From: an uncultured delta proteobacterium
Lineage (GTDB): Bacteria > Desulfobacterota > Binatia > UBA9968
Reading direction: 5' to 3'
Length of the DNA stretch: 64,000 bases
NCBI GenBank assembly: GCA_963745835.1
Contig: CAVUZH010000018.1
Location: 128,001 to 192,000 of the forward strand
In this document: positions 43,126 to 51,899 of the stretch, one piece after another
How the letters are laid out: each line of letters begins with the position of its first letter
Position numbering within the stretch: the stretch's first letter is position 1
Notes under the pieces: model-generated
Database searches by the model: none
The model's input: only the letters and a program-made list of their open reading frames with translations
What the model was told of the DNA's origin: nothing
Translations under genes and position numbers: made by a program

Positions 43126-44610
43126 ATGCTCACTGTCGATGAGATCGTTGTCAGGCTTGGAGACATCGTCGGCCCGAGATTGGTCTCGACAAACCCGATC
43201 GACAAAATCAACTATCAGCACACGCTCGCTTATGGCGCCTACCGGGCATTGCCGGACGTGATTGTACGGATCGAATCGGACCCGCAAGGCAATCACCCGC
43301 TGGCGAAAATCCTCAGCTTTGCCAATGAGCATAAAATTCCCATCGTCGCCAAAGGCGGCGTGGGAATGGGAATCAGTTCACCCCTTAAGGGCGGCATTCT
43401 CCTCGATATGCTCGGCATGGACAAGATCCTCGAAGTGAACCCGACGATGCAGTACATCATCGCTGAAGGCGGTGCCAGCGTATATGCCATTCACCATGCA
43501 TTGCGGCAGCACGGCCTGATGCTTCCCAACTTTGGCACTTACGGCCCCGCAGTCGTAATCGGCGCGATGATCAATAAAGGCGGTATCGGCTACGGTATGA
43601 CGCGTTATGGTTGGATCGCCGATATGGTTCTCGGTTTGGAAGTTATCCTGCCCAACGGCGAAACCATCCGGCTCGGAGCACTCGCGAATCAGGGAACCAG
43701 TTTTGGCCCATTTCAGAAATGGATTCATTTGCCGGATTTGCTCGGTCTCTTTACTCTGGCCGCGGGTTCTATGGGAATGATTAGCAAAGTATGTCTCCGC
43801 GCCATTGAGGGAAAGCGCGAGTGGTTGCATGACTACTGCTACACATTTCGCCGTGACCAGCTGCTGAACGTTCAAGAAGCGCTCATGGCGCTAGTCAAGG
43901 GTGAAGTCGTTTACGATATCCATTTTACTGACCGTTGGCAGTATCACTGGCCGATGGAAGAGGGGCTCTATCAGAAGGGCCGAATTCCGGATGATGCCTG
44001 GTTTTTTCTGAAAACGATTCTCTTAGCGCGCGATGAAGAGGAGTTAGCGTTCAAAGAAAAGAGAATGCGGCGTATCTATGAGAGCGCGGGCGGCATCGAC
44101 GTCCCGGAAATCGCTGAAAAAGCCATGGGCGCCAAGGCGCAAGAGCACGGACTGCACGGCTGGCCGGACTACCATGTCATGGGACCGGACGGTTGGTGCG
44201 GCGCGGTCGTGCGCCACAGCGGCATGTTTGCGGTGACATCCAAAATGTATCCGCTGACGTTCTTAAATGAGATGTACGATCTCGACGAGGCGGCAAAGAG
44301 GGAATGCGGTATATGGGACGCCGAACATTCGCCGCAGCACGATAGCTATGTTACGCGCGATTTGGCAATCAAAGAAGAATACTTTGTCTTCTATAATCCA
44401 TACGATGACGAAGATGTCGCCAAACTGCGAAAGTGGATGGCTTTGGTGCAAGAGTTCAGCAATCAGCGCGGAGTGGTTTGGACCGCGCCGACGCTGAGTA
44501 CCAAAGGGCCGTTGCCTTATGAAAGATTGACTAACTTATACGACCTCGTGAAAGAGATAAAACAAGTGGTAGATCCTAATAACATTTTGAACCCGGGCGC
44601 GCTTTATTGA
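43126..44610 (+). CDS. FAD-binding oxidoreductase (VAO/PCMH or GlcD-like)
   Basis: PDVIVR, DMVLGLEVILPNGE, GSMGMISK, C-terminal VDPNNILNPG. Confidence 0.88.
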   Translation: MLTVDEIVVRLGDIVGPRLVSTNPIDKINYQHTLAYGAYRALPDVIVRIESDPQGNHPLAKILSFANEHKIPIVAKGGVGMGISSPLKGGILLDMLGMDKILEVNPTMQYIIAEGGASVYAIHHALRQHGLMLPNFGTYGPAVVIGAMINKGGIGYGMTRYGWIADMVLGLEVILPNGETIRLGALANQGTSFGPFQKWIHLPDLLGLFTLAAGSMGMISKVCLRAIEGKREWLHDYCYTFRRDQLLNVQEALMALVKGEVVYDIHFTDRWQYHWPMEEGLYQKGRIPDDAWFFLKTILLARDEEELAFKEKRMRRIYESAGGIDVPEIAEKAMGAKAQEHGLHGWPDYHVMGPDGWCGAVVRHSGMFAVTSKMYPLTFLNEMYDLDEAAKRECGIWDAEHSPQHDSYVTRDLAIKEEYFVFYNPYDDEDVAKLRKWMALVQEFSNQRGVVWTAPTLSTKGPLPYERLTNLYDLVKEIKQVVDPNNILNPGALY

Positions 44611-44627
44611 TTTTAAAGGAGAACGAT

Positions 44628-45425
44628 ATGTCGGAACTGCGCATTAAAGACTATTCGGGAAGCCGATTGTCGCCGCAAGAAGCCGATGTCGTCATCGGGG
44701 ATCTAAAAAAATATTTGATGGAGCTGGCGGACCGGTGGCTGTTCAAGGGCCGGTTTCATACAGACATGGGCGCCGGCACCTTGCCGATGGAGGCGATTAA
44801 AGTATTTTGGCAAAACTGGTACGGCTTTGTCGCAGAGATCAATAATTTTCATGGTGTCGCGTACCAACGCCAGCTGCCTTTTTTCAAACGCCACCCGGAG
44901 CTACAAAAACATTTCGCCAATCACGTCGCCGATGAAATGATCCATCCGACGCCGCCGGGTCATATTCAAATCGTTCTTGAACAGGGAAGAAACTTCGGTC
45001 TGACCAATGATCAGATGATCGAATACGAGATGCTCGCCGAATGCCGCGCCTTTCTTGAATACTATCGAGGTGTGCTTTACGAGGGTACCATGGCCGAATG
45101 GTGGGCTTCTTTCTGCGTCGAAGAAGCGGTCGGACACTGGGCCAGGTTTTTCGGCGGCGCGTTGCGCAAGAACTACAACCTAGCCGAAGAAAAAATCGTC
45201 TACTTTCGCGTCCACGCTCAAGCCGATCTGGAGGAACACCAGGGCGTCATGGCGCATGCCGAGCTCGATTGGACCGTCTTAAGAAAGCTGCTCGAGGAGG
45301 GACGCGCCGAGACTCGGCCCGGATTCAACCTGGCTTATTGTCTGCGTATGGGCACCGCTTACTTCGCCTGGTTTTTTGAAGGCGTTTACCAGCACATTAA
45401 AAAGGAAGGGCTGTACAAAACCTGA
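44628..45425 (+). CDS. Heme-oxygenase-like diiron enzyme (TenA/PqqC/CADD superfamily)
   Basis: Candidate ligands ADEMIHPTPPGH, VEE and YFRVHAQADLEEH; AAGGAG RBS before ATG 44628. Confidence 0.75.
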   Translation: MSELRIKDYSGSRLSPQEADVVIGDLKKYLMELADRWLFKGRFHTDMGAGTLPMEAIKVFWQNWYGFVAEINNFHGVAYQRQLPFFKRHPELQKHFANHVADEMIHPTPPGHIQIVLEQGRNFGLTNDQMIEYEMLAECRAFLEYYRGVLYEGTMAEWWASFCVEEAVGHWARFFGGALRKNYNLAEEKIVYFRVHAQADLEEHQGVMAHAELDWTVLRKLLEEGRAETRPGFNLAYCLRMGTAYFAWFFEGVYQHIKKEGLYKT

Positions 45426-45427
45426 TC

Positions 45428-46462
45428 ATGGCTGAATCCCCGCTAACGCAGCCCGATCTCTCACCCCGCATCTTGATGCGGGTACTGGGTGATTTTGCCA
45501 ATAGCCAAATTCTTGATGCGTCAATCGAGTACGATTTTTTTACCTTGATCGGCAAGGGTTTTCAGACGGCTGACCAAGTTGCTTCTCAGGCCGGTACTGA
45601 TCCGCGGGCGACGCGTATCGTGCTCGACAGCTTGCTGGCTCTGGCGTTGGTCGAAAAGCGTGATAGCCGTTATTACCTGACGCCGGTCAGCGAAACCTTT
45701 TTAATGCGCGGTAAGCCCTCTTACGTCGGCGATTTCCGGCATGTTGCGCTGGCTTTGTGGGACGGAATGGCTCATCTCAAAGAATCCCTTAAAACCGGAA
45801 AACCCTTCAGCCGCATGGACACCAGCGCCGCGCTTCAGGTATGGGAAAAACTAGTTCTCGGGATCATTGTTATCGCCGAACCCGCCGCCAAAGCCCTGTG
45901 CGATCTTCTTAAGATCGGCACGGAGTGGAAAGCCATCAACGTGCTCGATGTCGCCGGGGGCTCCAGTATCTTCGGCATGACGATTCTGTCCCGGGACCCC
46001 TCCGCCAAAGTCACGCAATTGGATTGGCCAAACGTCAATGCGGTCGCGCGCAAGCTCAACCAGGAGCGCGGGCTGGAAGGCAAGATTCGCTTCATCGATG
46101 GCGAGCACCACTCCGCAAGATTTGAAAGTAGCCAGTACGAGCTGGTTCTCGCCAGTAATTTCTGCCGGTTCGAATCGCCAAAGCGAAACCAGGAGCTGTT
46201 CGCCAAGGCTTACAGCGCGCTAAAACCGGGGGGATACTTCATTGTCAATGATTTCGTGCCCAATGAAGAGAGAACCGAACCGCCCTTTGCCTTACGATTT
46301 TCGGTTTACACTTTGACCCACACTCCCGAGGGGGAATGCTGGACGCTATCCCAGTATGTCGAATGGATGAAAGCGGCGGGCTTTGAAGCGATCGAGACGC
46401 ATGGCGATATCCCAGGAACTTTGCCTGGGACTACGCTGATTCTAGCGAGAAGGCAAGCATAA
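45428..46462 (+). CDS. SAM-dependent O-methyltransferase (dimerisation domain plus Methyltransf_2)
   Basis: N-terminal winged-helix dimerisation region, VLDVAGGS, ALKPGG, MKAAGF. Confidence 0.88.
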   Translation: MAESPLTQPDLSPRILMRVLGDFANSQILDASIEYDFFTLIGKGFQTADQVASQAGTDPRATRIVLDSLLALALVEKRDSRYYLTPVSETFLMRGKPSYVGDFRHVALALWDGMAHLKESLKTGKPFSRMDTSAALQVWEKLVLGIIVIAEPAAKALCDLLKIGTEWKAINVLDVAGGSSIFGMTILSRDPSAKVTQLDWPNVNAVARKLNQERGLEGKIRFIDGEHHSARFESSQYELVLASNFCRFESPKRNQELFAKAYSALKPGGYFIVNDFVPNEERTEPPFALRFSVYTLTHTPEGECWTLSQYVEWMKAAGFEAIETHGDIPGTLPGTTLILARRQA

Positions 46463-46676
46463 CTCGGCGTTCACCCGGACCGGCAAACGACGGTGCGCGA
46501 TGCGACGGTTTAGTGCTGTTGTCGGTTCGATCTCACGCTATAGGAGCTTCCTGTCCTGGAGCAAAGGCCTGGATTCGCTCAGGGCTAAGTGCTAGAGTTT
46601 CCGCCGTGTTAACGAGCGTCTATACGTTCAACCTCGCCGGCTGCAAGCTTCCTCGATAGCTCCCCTCGTCGGGATC

Positions 46677-48072
46677 ATGCAATATCTAGCCATCTGCGAG
46701 GACGATCTTCTGTTTCAGTTTATGCGCGACGTCGCAACTGAACACGGCGAGGTGCGCTTTTTGGTTCAAGACGAGGCCGTGGCGCGGCGGATCAAAGCGT
46801 ATGGGCGGCAAGGCTTGGCATGGCGATCTTCTTAGAGAGGAGACTTACAAGAAGGTCAAATTACATCATATCGACCAAGCGGTTATTTTTCTCCGTGAGC
46901 CTGAATCTCAGGATCGGCTGTGCAAGTTGCTGCGAACCATGGACAAGGCGCTGCCCGTGGTTTTGCTCACGAACGATAAAAACGGCAAGAAAGACGAGAA
47001 TGACCCGCTCGTTCGCCAGATTCAGCTGACCCATACCTTCCGAGAGTTTTGGGCCGCACACCTCCTAGACACGCTTAATCGGAAAAAGGTCGAAAATATC
47101 AGAGCGCTTTTCGGCGAAGAAAAATTACATATCCTCTTGCAGCACGATCCCGACCCGGACGCCATCGGCAGCGCTCTAGCGTTGCGCGAGCTCCTGGGGA
47201 GAAACCGCGCAACCACGCCGATTGTCACCTTTGGCGGCGTCACCCGACCTGAAAACATCGCCATGATCCGGTTGCTGGATATTCAGATCGATCGGATCAG
47301 CTATGATGACTTGCACAAAGACGGGGCCAAGCTTGCAATGGTTGACGTGCAACCGCCTTACTTCGACAAACCTCTGGGGAAGGTTGACTTGGTAGTCGAT
47401 CATCATCCTAAACGAGCCAACTTCAAAGCCCGTTTTACCGATCTACGAACGCCGTACGGGGCTACTTCCACAATTTTCACCGAGTACCTGCGCGCTGCCG
47501 GCATCGAGCCATCGCAGCGCCTTGCCACTGCGCTGCTCTACGGTATCAAGACCGATACGTTGTTCCTGGAAAGGGGCAGCAACCTTGCCGATCTCAGCGC
47601 TTTTACCTATCTCTATCCCTTTGCCAATAAGGCGATGATCTCGCGTATCGAGCGCCCGGCTTTGCCGCGGGAAGACCTCGAAGCGCTTGGCCGCGCGCTC
47701 AGCCGTTTGCGGCTCGACAACGGCGTGGCCGTGATCCACATGGGAGAGATTAACCGGGAGGATGTTATCCCGCAGATGGCCGAGTTTTGCCTGCAGATCG
47801 AAGGCGTCGAATGGGGCGTCGTCTCGGGTCTCGTCAATGATCGGGTAGTCATCTCCGTTCGCAATGTCGGCTATGTCAAAAGCGCCGGCGAAATCTTGAA
47901 AAGACTTTATGACGACATCGGCAGCGCTGGCGGCCACCGAGCCATGGCTAAGGCGGTTATCCCGCTTGACCGTTTCAAGGAACGATACGGCGAGGTCAGC
48001 GACCGGGTGATCCGCGACGCGATGTTGCCGATGATTGTCGAGCGCGAAGTTGAACAAATCGCGCATGGCTGA
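46677..48072 (+). CDS. DHH/DHHA1 phosphoesterase (NrnA-like) with extra N-terminal domain, frameshift near 46800
   Basis: HDPDPDAIGS, VVDHHP, GATSTI, GIKTDT, AGGHRAMA; upstream frame MQYLAICEDD starts at 46677. Confidence 0.88.
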
Positions 48073-48493
48073 GCCTCCTTCCAGTTTCAGGGAAATCGAA
48101 CACACCGCCGACCTCGGCGTTGAAGTCACCGCCGCTACTTTTCCTGCGCTCCTCGCCGCTTCAGGAGAGGCCTTGTTTGCCTTGATCGCAGACCCTCGAG
48201 ATATTGCCCTCCGAGAAGAGATCATCGTCTCCGCAAGCGGCGACGAGCCGGAAGAGCTGCTTCACGCCTGGTTGTGCGAGTTACTTGCTCGTTTCAATAT
48301 CGAAAGTTTTGTCGGTAGGAAATGTGCGATCGATCAGATCACAGCCGATCGAGTGGATGGAACAATCTGCGGAGAGAAACTAGACCTGAACCGTCACCGA
48401 TTTCGTACCGAAATCAAAGGCGTGACCTACCATGAGTTCAGGGTTTGGCAGGAAGATGGGTTGTGGCATGCGCGGGTCATCTTCGATGTCTGA
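48065..48493 (+). CDS. Archease
   Basis: EIEHTADLG, EIKGVTYH, C-terminal VIFDV; overlaps the DHH stop and precedes rtcB. Confidence 0.93.
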   Translation: MAEPPSSFREIEHTADLGVEVTAATFPALLAASGEALFALIADPRDIALREEIIVSASGDEPEELLHAWLCELLARFNIESFVGRKCAIDQITADRVDGTICGEKLDLNRHRFRTEIKGVTYHEFRVWQEDGLWHARVIFDV

Positions 48494-48620
48494 CGGGCTG
48501 CTCACAAGACTCATAGGCTGTTGCGCTCAATCGCCTCAGGTCAACGTACTGAAACATACGTCTTCGGTCATCGATTTATCGCGCGCCTCACCCCTGAGTC
48601 TTTGAGCAGCGGTCGTCAGA
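48489..48620. repeat. About 130-bp imperfect palindromic element (MITE/REP-like)
   Basis: Left end TCTGACGGGCTGCTCACAAGACTCA versus reverse complement of right end TCTGACGACCGCTGCTCAAAGACTCA. Confidence 0.55.
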
Positions 48621-48843
48621 TTCTCAGCAGTCGCCAGCTAGTGTCATGTCGCCTCAACTTCGCTGAAGAATTCTGTCCGTCGTTTGGCGTCACACGAGCG
48701 AGGGCCGCTATCCAGGCGTCTTTGAAGTTCCTAGATTCCGGGTCGCGTAGCTTCTCACACTTGCCCGGAATGACGTTGGGTTAGTCAGTGAATTTTGCGA
48801 CACGACAATAGAGATGCAATGTTTTATTGTCTAAGCTGAACCT

Positions 48844-50295
48844 ATGGCGTCAGACCAAATCGAGCTAACTCGTATCGAGGATTATCTTTGGGAGATCCCG
48901 CGCCAAGGCGGCATGAGAGTGCCGGGCCGGATCTACGCCAATGAAAAGCTCATCACCAGCCTCAAAGAGGACAACAGCTTAAGACAGGTCATGAACGTGG
49001 CGCATCTCCCCGGGATCGTCGGTTACTCACTGGCGATGCCGGATATCCATTGGGGTTACGGTTTTCCGATCGGCGGAGTCGCCGCAGTCAGCGCCGAGGA
49101 CGGAGTGATCTCTCCGGGAGGTGTTGGCTACGATATCAACTGAGGCGTTCGCCTCGTCAGGACCAGTTTGGTCCTCGAAGATGTTAGAAATAGGCTTGAA
49201 CGAATCGTCGATAGTCTTTTCTCGCTGATTCCTGCCGGCGTCGGTTCTGAAGGCGCCATTGCCAAACTCTCCAGGCAAGATGAGAAGCGACTCCTGAATG
49301 ATGGCGAGGCCTGGGCTGTATCCCGAGGCTATGGCCGTCAAGAAGATCTCTCGGTCACCGAAGAAGGAGGAAGGCTATCGAACGCGGATGCGGATTTGCT
49401 AAGTGATCGCGCGTTAGAGCGCGGCTTGAAACAAGTCGGCACGCTCGGCTCGGGAAATCATTTTCTCGAAATAGGCCGAGTGGAAGAAATTTATTCCGCG
49501 CCAGCAGCGGCTGCGCTGGGAATCTCGCCTGATCAGCTGGTGCTCTTAATTCATACCGGCTCGCGTGGCTTGGGCTACCAAGTCTGCGAGGACTCTCTCA
49601 AGGTGATGAGTAAGGCGATGGTGAGGTACGGCATCTCCTTGCCGGATCGCCAGCTTGCGTGCGCGCCAATCGATTCGCCTGAAGGCCAACATTACCTAGC
49701 GTCTATGGCGGCCGCGGCAAACTATGCCTGGGTCAATCGACAGGTGATCATGGGCCAGGCTGAAAAGGCTTTCATGAAAGCCCTCGATGTGAGCCCGAAA
49801 GATCTGGGTTTCTCGCTCGTCTATGACGTTTGCCACAATATTGCCAAGTTTGAAGAACATGCCGTGAATGGTGCGAAACGTCGGCTCTGCGTGCATCGTA
49901 AAGGAGCGACACGTGCCTTTGCGCCGGGACATGCGCAAGTTCCCGCAGCTTACCGAGACATCGGCCAACCTGTGATCATTCCCGGAGACATGGGGCGGTA
50001 CTCCTATTTGTTGGTCGGCACCGAGACGGCCATGGAGAAAACGTTCGGTAGCACTTGTCATGGCGCTGGGCGGGTCATGAGCCGGTCGCAATCCAAGAAA
50101 CACAGCCATAATATAAATATCGACCAAGAGATGGCGCGCAGGGGAGTCGTCGCTCGCTATCAAGGCCGCGGCACCATGGCCGAGGAGATGCCGCACGCGT
50201 ACAAAGATGTTGCCGACGTCGTCGAGACGATGGATTCTGCCGGAGTCTCTAAACGGGTGGCGCGCTTCCGTCCTGTTGGAGTTATCAAAGGATAG
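48844..50295 (+). CDS. rtcB: RNA ligase RtcB, 483 aa with in-frame TGA at codon 100 (putative selenocysteine)
   Basis: ORFs 48844..49143 and 49168..50295 share a frame. Motifs [76 protein letters not shown]. Confidence 0.93.
49154..49178 (+). promoter_or_regulatory. Putative bacterial SECIS element
   Basis: TCG-(TC bulge)-AGGACC-AGTTT-GGTCCT-CGA hairpin; the apical loop starts 21 nt after the TGA and has G at its second position. Confidence 0.7.
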
Positions 50296-50421
50296 AATTC
50301 TCCGATTATTATCTACAACTAGATCTCACTTCGAACTTTTCGCACCCGCAGAAATTCCCTTTGCTTGACAAGATCATCGGCCGGGCATAAGGGTTGAATC
50401 AAATTCACGGAGGAGGAAGTC

Positions 50422-50814
50422 ATGCCTAAGCTTCGCCATTTAGCAATTCGAACCGAAGATACTGGAAAGCTTGCCACGTTCTACATGGATGTTTTCGAAA
50501 TGCAGGTGCTACACAAAGATAAAAATGAGGGAGGCGCCATTTATCTCACCGACGGGTATTTCAATCTGGCGATTCTGCCCAATCACGAGCAACAATCGCC
50601 CAACGGCTTGTATCATTTCGGCTTTGAGGTCGAGAATGGAGAAAAGATTGTCGAGAGATTGCAGAAATTCAATCCAAACAAGCTGCCTAAGCAGCGTCCG
50701 AACGGGCGACCTTATGCCGAAACCCGCACCTCTGACATTGACGGAAATTACTTCGACATATCCGAACATGGATTCCTGACGGTTGAACCGGTCGGCGAAA
50801 AGAAGCCGAACTAA
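50422..50814 (+). CDS. VOC/glyoxalase family protein, copy 1
   Basis: LRHLAIRT, GLYHFGFEV, DIDGNYFDISE; GGAGG RBS. Confidence 0.88.
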   Translation: MPKLRHLAIRTEDTGKLATFYMDVFEMQVLHKDKNEGGAIYLTDGYFNLAILPNHEQQSPNGLYHFGFEVENGEKIVERLQKFNPNKLPKQRPNGRPYAETRTSDIDGNYFDISEHGFLTVEPVGEKKPN

Positions 50815-50847
50815 GATCCGTTTGACGGAGACGGGGGCAGCATCTCG

Positions 50848-51855
50848 ATGGACGTCTACCATCGGAGATTTCTTTTTATCTTTGCCTTGGCAGTTAGCTT
50901 CCTGCCGGCCCAGTCCTCCGCCCAAATTAAATCCAATTTTTCTTCGAGCATCACCAGCGAAAGCATGGCCGCGGTCTGGATCGCTCGAGACCGTGGCCTG
51001 TTCAAGAAGTACGGACTGGATGTTCAATATATTCTAATGCCGCGTTCGCCGCTCGCTGTTTCCGCGCTGGTTGCAGGCGAGATCGACATGGCGGTGATCG
51101 GGCCGGGACATCTGGTAAACGCCGCCGCCGGCGGCACCGATGTGATTGGCATAGCCAATTTCGCGCAGAAACTCGATTATCGTCTCAACACGAGACCCGA
51201 GATCAAGAAAAAGGAAGAGCTTCGCGGTAAACGAATCGCTATCAGCGGCCCCGGCTCTACATCTCATTTGGTTTCGTTACTGGCGTTGCAGCACTTAGGG
51301 CTCGATCCCAATGCAGCCAAGATCGCTTTTTTTACGATTTCGGGCACTGAGATCAACCGCCGACTGGCACTTGAAAGCGGTAGTATCGACGCGACGGCGC
51401 TGAACGGCTCGGTGGGCGACCTCTACGGTCAGAAGGGCTACCCGGTGCTGTTCAATTTCAAAGGCTCGGGGGTGACGATGCCGCAAACCATGCTCGTCAC
51501 CACACGCCGATTGGCATTGACTAAACCCCAGGTCGTCGACGCATACGCCAAGACCATCGTCGAAGCGATCGCGGTGATGTTCGATCCCGCCAACAAAGAA
51601 AGCGTCACACGCACCATCGCTTCCAACTTGCGCCTATCCAATGCAAGTGACGGCGAGGAAGCTTATCAGTCAGTTATTAATTCTTATGAACGCGTGCCCT
51701 ATCCCTCACCGGAAGGAATGCACCGATTGCACGGATTGCTCACCACCATCAATCCGAAGCTGGCCGGTGTGAAGATCGACACGGTGGTGGATGACTCGTT
51801 CATCAGCAAACTCGACAGCTCAGGTTTCGTCCAAAGCGTCTCCAAGAAGCGTTAA
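50848..51855 (+). CDS. ABC substrate-binding protein (TauA/SsuA/NMT1-like)
   Basis: Signal peptide, GLFKKYGLDV, ALVAGEID, LRGKRIAISGPGS. Confidence 0.85.
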   Translation: MDVYHRRFLFIFALAVSFLPAQSSAQIKSNFSSSITSESMAAVWIARDRGLFKKYGLDVQYILMPRSPLAVSALVAGEIDMAVIGPGHLVNAAAGGTDVIGIANFAQKLDYRLNTRPEIKKKEELRGKRIAISGPGSTSHLVSLLALQHLGLDPNAAKIAFFTISGTEINRRLALESGSIDATALNGSVGDLYGQKGYPVLFNFKGSGVTMPQTMLVTTRRLALTKPQVVDAYAKTIVEAIAVMFDPANKESVTRTIASNLRLSNASDGEEAYQSVINSYERVPYPSPEGMHRLHGLLTTINPKLAGVKIDTVVDDSFISKLDSSGFVQSVSKKR

Positions 51856-51899
51856 CTGAATTTATCAAAGCCAACTCGTCATCCGTTACAAACGTTCCT

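Noticed and set aside
40739-46462. Assigning bchE/bchU (photosynthesis) or bzaCDE names
   Set aside because: Only family-level similarity can be seen, and no other bch, cob or bza genes are adjacent.
236-46810. Many split genes (propeller, binding protein, kinase, rsmB, pilX, exbD, tonB, lipoprotein, arnT, DHH) as pseudogenes or programmed frameshifts
   Set aside because: Scattered short indels in unrelated, otherwise intact genes are best explained by sequencing or assembly error; no consistent slippery-site signal was seen.
42568-48225. Long antisense ORFs such as 42568..43332 and 47443..48225
   Set aside because: They are shadows of well-supported plus-strand genes and have no recognisable motifs.
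49141-49143. rtcB as a nonsense pseudogene, or genome-wide UGA reassignment
   Set aside because: The stop falls exactly on the conserved Cys with a SECIS-like hairpin downstream and no other lesions, and TGA terminates other genes normally. A single-base error cannot be fully excluded without reads.
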